Assembly: GCA_964016885.1 (NCBI GenBank)
Contig: OZ024752.1
Coordinates: 36,394,001 to 36,458,000 of the forward strand
Direction of reading: 5' to 3'
DNA from: Eledone cirrhosa
Lineage: Eukaryota
Length of the DNA stretch: 64,000 bases
Under the pieces are notes generated by a model that was given only the letters and a program-made list of their open reading frames with translations, had not been told where the DNA came from and made no database searches. Below, piece by piece: positions 36,821 through 49,079 of the stretch (positions are counted from its first letter, which is position 1; every line of letters starts with the position of its first letter). The translations under genes and the position numbers were made by a program.

Positions 36821-38179
36821 AACTTACCATTTTAAATTAGATAGCTGAATCACAGCTTTCAAATGTCAACGAACATCATGTATACGTAGCTGATATCTTG
36901 GGCTTTTCATTGGTTTACTGGTTAATAAACTAAGTTATAAGAGGTGGGATGTAAATGTCGGTTACAAACTTGTTACTATTTACAAGTGTGTGCTTCATCC
37001 CATCAACTGTGACTGATAGATATTTCAGATAAATAATATTGTAGGAGCTATCTTATAGATTAATATTTATTGGATATTGAACATTTTAGGAGCTATGTTA
37101 TAGATTAATAAAATCCCGCCGAGGTTGACTTTGCCTTTCATCCTTACGGGGTCGATAAAATAAAGTACCAGTAATGAACTGGGTAATTGCTGGCCTTGTG
37201 CCTAAAGTAGACACAAATATTTATTGGATATTGAACATTTTAGGGGCTATGTTATAGATTAATATTTATTGGTTAACTTTGTTTTACATCCATTTGAGGT
37301 AGATAAAAGAAAAAAAAAAAATACCAGTCTTGTATTAGGGTCGATTCTTCCTCTATATTTCTTTCTCACTTCCTTTTTTTCCCTGGAAGAAATCTGTTGT
37401 ATTCAGATCTACTGAGGGATGGGCTCTGCTAGGTGAAAAAAAAAAAAAAATGCCCTAGAAAAGCCATGTCAATATCACGGCGCTTCTACCACTCCCTCAA
37501 TAGTTCATGGGTACATTCTAAGAGCTACAGATAGATTAATATTTATCGGTTGTTTTACATAAGTGTGATGATGGCTTATATTTATAAAGATGACGACTGT
37601 GGGATGATCATACCTGCCTAATAAGGTATTGAAATGTTTCTCAATCAGTTCCAGAACATCCATTTCAACAACTTCTGTATTTTTTATTCTAATAATATTA
37701 TCTATTTACTACAACACACAATCATTGCAAGCTGTTTGCCTTCTATAATGCGGAATATTTTGATTCTTTTCAGTTTAAATATTTTTCTAATGAGCCATGT
37801 AGCAGCTTGCTAACTTTTCTCTTAATTTTATTAGTGGTTTTCTAACGTTTTTGCCAGAGTTATTAGGATGTTTGATTAAGTACTTTGCAGTATTCATTTT
37901 GGTTCTGTGTTCTGATTTCAAATTCCACTGATGGTGATTTTGGCTTTTGTCCTTTCAAGATTGATAAAATAAAGTACCAGCCCAGGTCGGTGGATTTGTT
38001 AGAGCATTGGACAAGATGCTTTGCAGTATTCATTCCAGCTCTTACCATTCAAATTCTGCACCCTGTCCAACCCACAATTGGCCAGCCAGTCTCAACAGGT
38101 TGGCTTTAAAACCACCATGGTTGTTGATGCTTCAACCTTCAGTGGATTGAGAGCACCTGAGTGGGGGAAAAAATATGTA

Positions 38180-38210
<31 letters not shown>

Positions 38211-40357
38211 CAAAAACAAATTTAAACTGCTCCCACAACCAATTAAAGTTTGTTCCGTCTTATAAAATTAGTACTGCAAGGTTTCATGTTTGATGGGAAG
38301 TGATAACTGAAACAGACATAGCTTTAGTCCTGTAATATTTTCACTATTGTTACTTCTTGATGACTAATTGATTCTAAACTAAAGTATAAAGTTTTATTTT
38401 TATTTAATGAACAATTTTATAATTTTTTTTTTTTTAAGTGTTGTTGGATAAAATGCTTTGTGGTATTTGTTTTGGCTATCTGCTCTCTGAGTGCAACTTT
38501 GCCTTTCATCCATTCGAGGTAAAAAAAAAAAAAGAAAAAAGTACCAGTTTAGTACTGAAGTTGATTCTTCCTTTATATCTCTTTCTCCTTCTCTGGAAGA
38601 AATTTGCTGTATTCAAACCTGGAGAGATGTGCTCTGCCACGTTTAACAAAATGTTGTATGCCAATATGGCACTCCTATAACTCCCCTAGGAGTTATAAGT
38701 CCATACCAAGTATTTTAAATAGCTACTATGACTCTTATATAATTGTTTATATTCACCCGCCTCCTCCCGCCCTAATTCCAATATTTGTGCTTCCTGTTCA
38801 TATTTTTGAGAACAGAAAATGAATTAGTCATTTGGTTTGTTGTCAGTGTGCATGTTTCATTATTTCACATATCCCTTACATTATTAAATCTATATGATCA
38901 TTCCATTATGAGATTCTGTGATAAAACTTTAGAACTTAACTTCTGTACTGAACGGAAAAAAAAAAAAAATCCTAACAAAAAGTTGATGTTATAATAAAAG
39001 TGAAATCAATTTTTTTTATTTTTTTTTTAAGAGATAATTTTATCTGAATGTTGAAATTGATGTCAATCAGTATTGTGATGTTTCCGTTTTTTTTTTTTTT
39101 TTTGATAAATTTAACAACTTGGCAGACTCAGAAGCATATCTAAACTATAATAAAGGAAGGTCTGCGGGACTGCGTATAGATTTTTTTTTTGATTTTTTTT
39201 TATCCCGTTAGTAAAATAAGTTGGATTACTTTGAATAAATAATGAATATTACTAAATTTCGTAAAAATAATTTGACTTCTTTTCGAAGTTGCACTTCTGG
39301 TATATCGTTGTCACCACCACTTCAACTACCATATATATAGAAAGAGAGTGCGATGTCAACACTTCCAGTGGCAATCACTTAAATAAACACAGTAATTTTC
39401 TTCTAATGCAGTTTATATATATCGTCTTTTTTAATGTATCATGGATTACATTGCTGATTACATAAGACAGTGTAACGTCTTTGTTCAATTTGTTTATATT
39501 GTCAATTACGATTTTATTTGATGTATCATATCTACACACTACACATGCTAGCAGAAAACCACCGTAAGGGTGGTTTTTCTGCTAGTACATATAATAATTA
39601 CGAAGACCAATCTGAAGAGGGCTCGATAACTATTTTATCTACAGATTAAAGTTTAAGCGCAAAATTTTTCCTTTTACTACCCTATTACAGAATCTACTCA
39701 TTAGATACTTTTACCTGTAATTATAATATAGTGGAGTATCCAGTATTTGATATATTTAATTCCACTTGTTGATTTGATCTGTGTCTTTAGCTGTTCCAAC
39801 TTATTTGCTTTGTCATTAGTATTTTACATACACACCTTCAGATCTCTGGAACTGAGGCTCTCCTCCCCATGTTTATATAAGTTTAAAAAAAACAAAAATC
39901 TCCAAGATTTTATTTAACTATTCTAAAATCATAAATGTAATGACTATATAATATAACCTTGACAACAACGTAAGTTTAAATATATTTAGGATGATTTGTA
40001 ATTGAACCGGTGACAATATTCAAAGTTACTTGCCACATTTGAATGGTGGAGTTGCAGAGAAAACTACCAAAGTTAGATTTCTTTATTTTTAAGCTATCCC
40101 TAAAATTTCTTTCTCTGCCACTTTTAATATATATGTATTTGAAAATCCTAAGCAGTGTCTTTCATTATCAAGCTGAAGCATATAGACAATATGCCCCGTG
40201 TCATGACAAAAAAGCACCCAGTACTCACTGTAAATGAGGTTGGTGTTAGGGAGGGCATCCAGCTATAGAAATTAAGCCAAGGTCACCCGACCTGGCATTT
40301 CCCACAACCTGTCTAACCCATGCTAGCGTGGAAGAATGGACGTAAAACAGTGATATA

Positions 40358-40436
40358 TACAAGGTGTCCCTAAAAATGTATACACATTTATTAGAATGCT
40401 GTTGACGTGTGTATACATTTTGGGGTGACACTGCTT
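40358..40436. mobile_element. Tc1/mariner-type mini-MITE (imperfect TIRs)
   Basis: TA-CAAGGTGTCCCTAAAAATGTATACACA ... TGTGTATACATTTTGGGGTGACACTG inverted repeats. Confidence 0.5.
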
Positions 40437-42479
40437 ACGATTTTCAAAGATTTAGTGATACATACATTACTTATAAGCTTGTTTGGAAGATAACTTAAAG
40501 GTTCTTATGAGATTATATATAATTAATTTGGTTTCAAAGAAACTGAGCAGATGGCACCAGGTCGGTGGTGTTTGTTGTATGCCTACGAGTAAATTTTTTT
40601 TTTTATAGGGCACATACTTTTATGTATCTTATTTTTTTAAAACTGCATGCTCTGGCTTAAGTACCATGAGTTGTCCCTAAGTAAAGAGTTTGTCAAGCAA
40701 AATATTTTTTAAATGTTGAAAACCAACGAATTGTTATGCAAAGGTTTTGAAGTTTTAAAAAAAAAAATCTTAAATATTGATATATTTCAAACTGTATATG
40801 TAGGTGGTGCTTATTAGTAAACTTGTCCAAGTTAACTACACTTGCTCAAAGACTGATTTAGAGGGCATTGCTGGAGAAGTAAGCAGGAAGTTATACTACT
40901 ATTGTGGGAACCAACTCATGGGAGATGCAGTAGAGAAAGACCTGCTTGAGCCTTCAATCAACTGACAATACAAACCTCAGTAGGGATTGTCAGAAATGTT
41001 CAACTGTGGCCACAATTAGTATGCATATATCAGTTAAAATAACCCTGAGTCTTGTGATATATTTTCATGTTCATTAATTCCTAACCCAACAAAATATAAA
41101 GCAAATAGTCTGAGGATCTTTCTATACTTTAAATAAAACATTTGAAATATAACTAACCATAAATTGTCTTATTTGAGTTAATTTCATCAATCGGCCTCAT
41201 TTGTAGAGTATTGATTTTTAATTTAGCACAAGGTCAACCAACAACTTGTGGCAAGGGGAAGTCAATTTTATTGACCAACACATGACTGGTACTTTATTTT
41301 ATCAACCCTGTAGAGGGTAGTAATGAAATACTACAATACATAACATCTGCCCTCAAGACAAAAAAAAAAACTTGTTAAAGTTGTTGAATTAAAAATTCTT
41401 TGTTCTGACTCACTGAACTCTGGATGGGGACAACAAACTAGTACCAGGTAGTTAAGAAAATTTGGGGGCAATTCTTTGGAAGAAACCAACTGCATCCAAA
41501 CATGGAGAGGTTTGCTAGGTTTAGAATAGCCAAAATAGGCCGTATGTCACTTCAGTGCCTCTACAAACTCCATCAGGGAGTTGAGGGCTGTAATGCTGAA
41601 AACTACTTTCATTAATTCTAGATACTGACTGTTTTTTTTTTTCCTTCTTGGATAAGTTCTGGTGGTTTAGAGCAGTGGCCATCTAACCATAGAATACCTG
41701 ACAATATCCCTAGTGTTTGGGTCATGATAAAAAGGCACCTCTGTAGAAAGGGTTAAGGGAGCGTAACATGACAACCATTATAGTGTAGATGTCACATTAG
41801 CACTGGTTGTCAGACCAGCCAAGCTTATGGATGTTATCCAATCATTTAGATCTGGGTCTCCTGCCCGTAGAATCTTTCCTGAGAGATTCTAACCACATGC
41901 CCATAGTATTGGACTAAGGTCTAACCAGGACTGAACAATATACTATGATCAAAACCCATTCCAGCCAGTCTATTCTAGGGATTACATTGTTAATAATGTC
42001 CTTCCTGTTTAAGATGGTAGATTGCGATTTGAAGATTTGGCTCCACACAAAATAGATTGTTTCATATGCTGTTTTAGTGTTTGTACAAGAACGAAAAATG
42101 TATTTTTTAAATGTATTCAAAGTGTTGTGAGATATGTATTAAAAGATTGATACAATGTGATAAAAAAAATACAATATAAAAATAGAGTAACACATTAGAT
42201 AATATTTTATTTACAAGTAGGTTTTGATATAAAGTATACATAGTATTAAATTATCTTAGCATCTTACCACCTGAGATTTGAAAAATACTTTAATTCTTTG
42301 ATTAGAAAAGCAGACTAAATTTATGAACGTTTCATCTCAATCATAAAATACAACTAAAAGCAAAGATTAATGGTATAAGGGTTTGACAAATAGACAACAA
42401 TAAAATAAGCACCACAATAATCAACTAAAATTTTTTAATGTAGTGTCCCAGCATGACTGCAGTAAAAGGATAACAATCC

Positions 42480-42755
42480 CATAACTCCTTGTCGAGTCAT
42501 AGAGGCACCGTCATAGGGCACTTTTAAACCTGGCAGAGGCCAACCCTCTCCAGGTCTGAACAGCCGATTTTTTTTCTATAGAGGAAGAATCGACCCCAGC
42601 ACTGGACTGGTACTTTTTTTTTATATATATATAGATATCGAAATGATGAAAGGCAAAGTTGACCACGGCGGGATTTGAACTCAGATCGTGCAATAGATGG
42701 GACGATACTGTAAAGCATTCCATCCGATGTCTTAACGACTGCCAATTCGCCGCCT
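42480..42755 (-). mobile_element. tRNA-derived SINE with extended 3' part
   Basis: Reverse complement GGCGGCGAATTGGCAG...GAGTTCAAATCCCGCCGTGGTCAACTTTGCCTTTCATC...GTACCAG...GATTCTTCCTCTAT; degenerate + copies at ~35870-36160, ~37280-37520, ~38440-38710. Confidence 0.7.
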
Positions 42756-42806
42756 ATATGGTTTGCAGTACAATAATTAAAACCAGTAAAAATAGGAAAA
42801 TTTATT

Positions 42807-42839
<33 letters not shown>

Positions 42840-42893
42840 GCAAAGGAAAAGTGGTAAGGAACCAGGTGGACCATAACGCACCAAAGTACTCAA

Positions 42894-43283
42894 TACTTAG
42901 GGTAGTAGAGTACTATTACCCACTCTACTACCCTAAGTAAGACCCCGACGGCTGAGCTCAAGCCGTCGAAACGGCTTGAGCTCAGCCGTCGGGGTCTTAC
43001 TTACTCCTATATATATCTATATATATATATATCTATATATATATCTATATCTATATATCTATATAAAAAAGCCTTCTTCAAAATTTCCTATTTGCCAGTA
43101 GTAATTAGCATACCCAGTGAGAAATGGTTTTGTAGAAGTCATCAGCTTTCCTCAAGATATGATGGATAATGAATCGAATTAGCGTGACACTATATACAGG
43201 TGACAAGTCATTCATGTACTGACGGCTAATGCAGTACAGAATTAGCCGTCGAAACGGCTTGAGCTCAGCCGTCGGGGTTTTAC

Positions 43284-43320
<37 letters not shown>

Positions 43321-43470
43321 TATAAAAGCCTTCAAAATTTCCTATTTGTCAGTAGTAATTAGCATACCCAGTGAGAAATGGTTTTGTAGAAGTCATCAGC
43401 TTTCCTCAAGATATGATGGATAATGAATCGAATTAGCGTGACACTATATACAGGTGACAAGTCATTCATG
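42894..43470. other. Palindrome cluster with ~150-bp direct duplication and hammerhead-like half motifs
   Basis: 18-bp perfect inverted repeat 42894-42939; 33-bp perfect inverted repeat 42934-43003; direct repeat ~43066-43216 = ~43325-43470. Confidence 0.85.
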
Positions 43471-44539
43471 AATTTTCAGCAATGAACAGTTGTTCAACCA
43501 ACTCAAGTGGTTGAGTATTCCTAGACACACATACCTATAACATAATTCCGAAGCTGAATCAGTATGACACTATATGTGTGTGACGTGGCTGAGTACTCCA
43601 CAGGCATGTGACATGGCTGAACCAACTCAAGTGGTTGAGTATTTCTAGACACATACCTATAATATAATTCTGTAGCTGAACTCGAGTGGCTGAATATTCC
43701 AGACATACATGACACTATATATATGTAGTGTGTGTGTGTGAGACAAGACCAAACCTTTCAGTTTCAGATACAATTCATTCAAGAAGCTTCCACACAGTTT
43801 GGGTTAACCTAAGGCTTTGGTAAATATACTTGCCCAAGATGCCATGCAGTAAGACTTAACATGGATGGGACTTCATGATTTCAAAGCAATGCTCGTGTCC
43901 ACAAAGCTGATGAAATAATATTATATATATATATATGATGTGTGTGTGTGTGTGTATGTATATTATATATATATATATTTTAAAAAAAGGTGTATGTGTG
44001 AGTAAAACTACTTTTATCGTTTAATATTTCTTCTATATTATTTAAAGAGTTTCAAATATATTTGATCAAAATGGCATTCTTTGAAATAGTCACTAGATTT
44101 GGTTAAGTATAGGATCTCTATTTTAATACAATATATATATTTTTGTTTAAACAACTTAAAAATTTCAGATAGGGATATTTCTGCTAAAACTAAAAGCCTT
44201 CTTACCTATATTTCTTTGATACAAAAATTTCACAGGAACATAATGCTTGATTAATTTAATAAGAATTCTAAAATTTAGAAATTACCAAAATATAAAAATT
44301 TAAAGAAGTTTATAATGTATAATAGCTCTTGTTTCTGCTAAGAGATGAAACCCCATCTCAAGTTAAAAAGGTCGAAAATTAAAAATCGTAAACAAGAGCT
44401 GGTAAACTGTCTAGCAGGGATCTACTTACTCAAGATGGCTATTTGGCTATTTATTATAGAATTTGACTAAACCAAGAAAGTTACTACAAAACTCAAAGAA
44501 TATAATTCTATAAACATAATGGAAAGAAAACCTATCATA

Positions 44540-44790
44540 TCAGTGATAGGTGTGGTTGTATAGAAAGGAGGAAGAGGGGGGGGGGGGTCCCTAATTCCTG
44601 CAGGAATATTTAGTGATAGGTGTGCTGTATAGGATGGAAGACATCCCTAATTCCTGCAGGAATATTTAGTGATAGGTGTGGTGTATAGAATGGAAGACAT
44701 CTCTAGTTCCCACAGGAATATTTAGTGATAGGTGTGGTGTATAGAATGGAAGACATCTCTAGTTCCCACAGGAATATTTAGTGATAAACA
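44540..44790. repeat. ~56-bp tandem repeat, ~4 copies
   Basis: ATATTTAGTGATAGGTGTGGTGTATAGAATGGAAGACATCTCTAGTTCCCACAGGA. Confidence 0.85.
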
Positions 44791-44865
44791 GTTCTAAATG
44801 CAGGTAAAGTGTGGAGTAGTGGTAAAATATATAAAATATGCTTTATAAAACTGTACACAGGTGGT

Positions 44866-44896
44866 ATATAGATATATATGTGTATAGATGTATGTG

Positions 44897-44946
<50 letters not shown>

Positions 44947-44954
44947 TGTATGTG

Positions 44955-44992
<38 letters not shown>

Positions 44993-45000
44993 TGTATGTG

Positions 45001-45033
<33 letters not shown>

Positions 45034-45117
45034 GTATAGATGTATGTGTGTGTGCATATATATATATATATATATATGTATAGATGTATGTGTGTGTGCA
45101 TATATATATATATATAA
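44866..45117. repeat. Compound (TA)n/(TG)n microsatellite with higher-order unit
   Basis: GATGTATGTGTGTGTGCA(TA)n repeated 5 times. Confidence 0.95.
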
Positions 45118-45204
45118 AGGTAATGAGAGATAAAGAAAGTTAACAGTGTGAAGATCTCGAGAGAAATTGTAGACTTGCAGATACCACTGAAGAGTTGAGG
45201 TAGG

Positions 45205-45265
45205 TCACTCTAGATTTGGTGAAGCAAAGAAATGTTTTGTCCTTTTATTTGGCAGCCGTCCAAAT
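45205..45265 (-). CDS. RACGAP1: Rac GTPase-activating protein 1, last coding exon ([20 protein letters not shown])
   Basis: TTTCAG acceptor; ends FFASP.L* like the vertebrate RACGAP1 C-terminus; TGA at 45207-45205. Confidence 0.88.
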
Positions 45266-45705
45266 CTGAAATAAAACCAATAGAAATATCTCATTAAATA
45301 AGGTTTGATCAGCTTTCACAAAAACATATTGTTTAAAAAAATATGAGTTGGTGTCAAGACTTTCACCTACTGAGTCCCTAAACAATATGAAATGTGAGAC
45401 CCTTCTCTAAAACAATTCAGGTAAAAATATTTTAAATATTTATACAAGATTATTATTTTTACAAACTGTTCCTTTTAACTAAATTATTGATTTATTCCAT
45501 TTGCAACCACGACATTGTGATTTCGATTCCCAGACCAGGGAATGCATTATGTCCTTGAGCAAGACACTATTTCACGTTGCTCTTTCTGCCTGGATTTGCG
45601 ACCGATAGATAGTATTAGCAATTGGAAAGACCAATGGAAACATTGTTTCCTTGGTCAGATTTGATGAGCTCCCCACTCGTTAAGCAAATAAAGTCTGGGA
45701 TCTTG

Positions 45706-45742
<37 letters not shown>

Positions 45743-45900
45743 AGACCCTTTAGTTGTGTGAAGGACACGACAGCCTCCCTAGTGCTGGTGATCTACACAA
45801 TAAAAGCACCCAGTACACACTGTAAAGTGATTGGTGTTTGGAAAGGCATCTAGGTATAGGAGTTAAGACCGTTCAGGCTGTGTCAAAAGACAACAACTTC

Positions 45901-46812
45901 TTTGCACATGATATGACTGTACGTAAGCAGGATACAGATTCCACAACCTTTGCACATGATATGACTGTACGTAAGCAGGATACAGATTCCACAACCTTTG
46001 CACATGATATGACTGTACGTAAGCAGGATACAGATTCCACAACCTTTGCACATGATATGACTGTACGTAAGCAGGATACAGATTCCACGACCTTTGCACA
46101 TGATATGACTGTACGTAAGCAGGATACAGATTCCACGACCTTTGCACATGATATGACTGTACGTAAGCAGGATACAGATTCCACGACCTTTGCACATGAT
46201 ATGACTGTACATAAGCAGGATACAGATTCCACGACCTTTGCACATGATATGACTGTACGTAAGCAGGATACAGATTCCACAACCTTTGCACATGATATGA
46301 CTGTACGTAAGCAGGATACAGATTCCACAACCTTTGCACATGATATGACTGTACGTAAGCAGGATACAGATTCCACAACCTTTGCACATGATATGACTGT
46401 ACATAAGCAGGATACAGATTCCACAACCTTTGCACATGATATGACTGTACATAAGCAGGATACAGATTCCACAACCTTTGCACATGATATGACTGTACGT
46501 AAGCAGGATACAGATTCCACAACCTTTGCACATGATATGACTGTACGTAAGCAGGATACAGATTCCACAACCTTTGCACATGATATGACTGTACGTAAGC
46601 AGGATACAGATTCCACAACCTTTGCACATGATATGACTGTACGTAAGCAGGATACAGATTCCACGACCTTTGCACATGATATGACTGTACGTAAGCAGGA
46701 TACAGATTCCACAACCTTTGCACATGATATGATTGTACGTAAGCAGGATACAGATTCCACGACCTTTGCACATGATATGACTGTACATAAGCAGGATACA
46801 GATTCCACGACC
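45901..46812. repeat. 48-bp tandem repeat, 19 copies, inside an RTE-tailed SINE-like element (~45730-46910)
   Basis: TTTGCACATGATATGACTGTACGTAAGCAGGATACAGATTCCACAACC x19; flanked by AAGCACCCAGTAC...GGAAAGGCATC and CCCTTACTAGCAGGGAAAGTGGACATTAAATGATG. Confidence 0.96.
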
Positions 46813-47114
46813 TGTCTGGGAGGTTAGTAGCCCTGCTTCAGTACTAACTCAGTCTATGTAGACTCGTCCAACCCTTACTAGCAGGGAAAGTGGACATTAA
46901 ATGATGATATATATATATAATTTTTGATGAGTTAATCATAAGGAATATAAATTAATGATAAAATAAAAATATATTTTTTAAAATGAGGCCCCCGAGGGTG
47001 GCCCTAAGCTGTAGCTTACAGCTAAGTCCAGAAATGGCTGGTGTAAAATGTAAGTCGAAAAATAGTGACTTGTAATTGAATATGATGGTAAGATTGAGAA
47101 TACTAAATACTTGC

Positions 47115-47202
47115 CTAGGTGTACATGATGAAACGGGAGTGAATTTCTTGTTTGAAGATCCCGTCGGCGTCAGTCCAACTGGTCCCAACATACTGTGTAA
47201 CA
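47115..47202 (-). CDS. RACGAP1: RACGAP1 exon (VLHSMLGPVGLTPTGSSNKKFTPVSSCTPR), GC donor
   Basis: TGCAG acceptor, AG|GCAAGT donor, phase 1/2; S.LGPV..P and TPR|FG motifs. Confidence 0.85.
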
Positions 47203-47251
47203 CTGCAATATTAAGACAAATTATGTAATAGAATGAAACAGAATAATGAAT

Positions 47252-47285
<34 letters not shown>

Positions 47286-47630
47286 GAGGCACATGGCTTA
47301 GTGGTAAGAGCATTGGCCTTGCAATCGAAAGGTTGTGAGTTCAATTCTCAGACCGGGTGATGTGTTGTTTCCTTGAGCAAGACACTTTATTTCACATTGC
47401 TCCAGTTTACTCAGCTGTAGAAATGAGATGATAGGGACTGGTGTCCATATCATTCTACTGTAAAGTGGATGTGGAGGTGCCACGGCAAAAAGAAAAACAC
47501 CCAGCACTCACTGTAAATGAGGTTGGTGTTAGGAAGGGCATCCAGCTGTAGAAATTCAGCCAGAATCAGTTCCCGTCCCACCCTTGCAAGCAGGGAAAAG
47601 CGGACGTAAAATGATGATGATGATGATGAT
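47286..47630 (+). mobile_element. tRNA-derived SINE with RTE-derived 3' end and (ATG)n tail
   Basis: GAGGCACATGGCTTAGTGG head; ends CCCGTCCCACCCTTGCAAGCAGGGAAAAGCGGACGTAAAATGATGATG, identical to the RTE end at ~58079-58135. Confidence 0.88.
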
Positions 47631-47835
47631 GGAGTGGTTGTGTAGCAAAAAGCACTCAATACACACTGTAAATGAGGTTGGTGTTAGAAAGGGCATCCAG
47701 CTGTAGAAACCAAGCCAGAATCAGTCCTGTATGAGAAAGACACAGCCACTTGATCCAAACTTGTCTCATAATGAGATAACTCCTCTAAGCCATGCTAGAA
47801 TGGAAAATGGACATTAAGCAGTGGTGATGATGATA

Positions 47836-48006
47836 ATCATCATTTTACATCCGCTTTTCCCTGCTTGCAAGGGTGGGACGGGTCCTATTCAGCAACAACA
47901 TCTCTCCACTTGTCACGGTCCTTCGTCATCTCCTCCTTGAGTCCGAGCGATCTGAGGCCTGCTCTCACCACCTCCGCTCATGTTTTTCGTGGTCTTCCTT
48001 CTACTG
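47836..48006 (-). mobile_element. RTE LINE 3' fragment
   Basis: Reverse complement of the 57960-58130 region. Confidence 0.85.
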
Positions 48007-48318
48007 GGATAATATATATATATATATATATAATCATTTGTTGTTTGTGTGTGTATTTCTATATGCCCAACAGATAAACACAATACAGACTTTAAAATGA
48101 TGGCAGGTTACTATTGAGAGAGATAGAGAGTGTGTGTGAAAGATAGATAGATTGATAGGTAGAGTGTTGTCACCATAGTAACTAATGAGTTTTGATTGAA
48201 ATTGCAGGAATTTTAAGTGCACACCTGTCAACATGTGGAAAAAAAAACGTGTGTGTGTGTATGTTTCTGCATGTCCTAAGGAAAACCAGGTTACAACTAA
48301 TCATTAATTAAAACTAAC

Positions 48319-48427
48319 CTTGTCTTTCTTCAGGTGTATTTTGTGTGTGGCTTTCTGTGCTTGTATTGTCAGGCATTAAAAAGTTATTCCAATATTCCGT
48401 TGGTATATCAAGTAAATGATCCATGAC
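48319..48427 (-). CDS. RACGAP1: RACGAP1 exon (VMDHLLDIPTEYWNNFL...)
   Basis: TTCAG/GTTAGT splice sites, phase 0/1; end of RhoGAP domain (LL..P.EYW..F). Confidence 0.92.
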
Positions 48428-48662
48428 CTGAAGGTGACAAAAGAGAAAATCAGAAACCATTTTAGGGTTCATATTCTACAAATGGCAACCTCATCATTTA
48501 ACAATCAAACAACTGATCAAAAGAATTAATTAAGAGAAAAATTACTTTAAACTATCCGATGAATTATTAAAGAGCCGTGTGATTTGAAATTTGGTAATGT
48601 TAAAAATTAGGGATTTGAATTGGAGCAAGTGGTTTGGTAATAAGAAACCTCAATATACTTAC

Positions 48663-48795
48663 TACTGACTGTAATTTGGTTTCATTTAAAATTGCATCAA
48701 TATTTGGATTGGCAGATGAAAACCCCACAATAGAAGGACCGAACATTTTAGCTAAATTCTGCTTAGGCATTCGACATTCAGGAGTTTCTGCAACA
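48663..48795 (-). CDS. RACGAP1: RACGAP1 exon (VAETPECRMPKQNLAKMFGPSIVG...)
   Basis: RhoGAP M...NLA..FGP motif; TTCAG/GTAAGT; phase 2/0. Confidence 0.96.
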
Positions 48796-49079
48796 CTGAA
48801 TAAAAAAACAAATAAGCGAACATTTAGTATTGTGATGTTGGATAACTTGTAGTCATTAGCATCATATATATCTATATTACACACATATATTTATCACATT
48901 ATATATGATAATGAAAATTATTGTGTACAGTGCTCAGGTGCACTGCAACTCATGAAAGGTGCATGTATAGTTCATAGAATAATGTACAAATGTTAGGAAA
49001 GTGAACAGTGTATGAGTCATGATATACACAGACACACATACATGCCTGCATGTGTATGGAGAGGGAATATCATAGGTTG

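Noticed and set aside
44778-45133. YI/HT-repeat ORFs
   Set aside because: Translations of the (TA)n/(TG)n microsatellite.
47286-47360. Possible tRNA genes at SINE heads (also 50488, 60806, 53530-53600)
   Set aside because: A/B boxes are present but run directly into SINE core and tail sequence, with no convincing acceptor stem or terminator.
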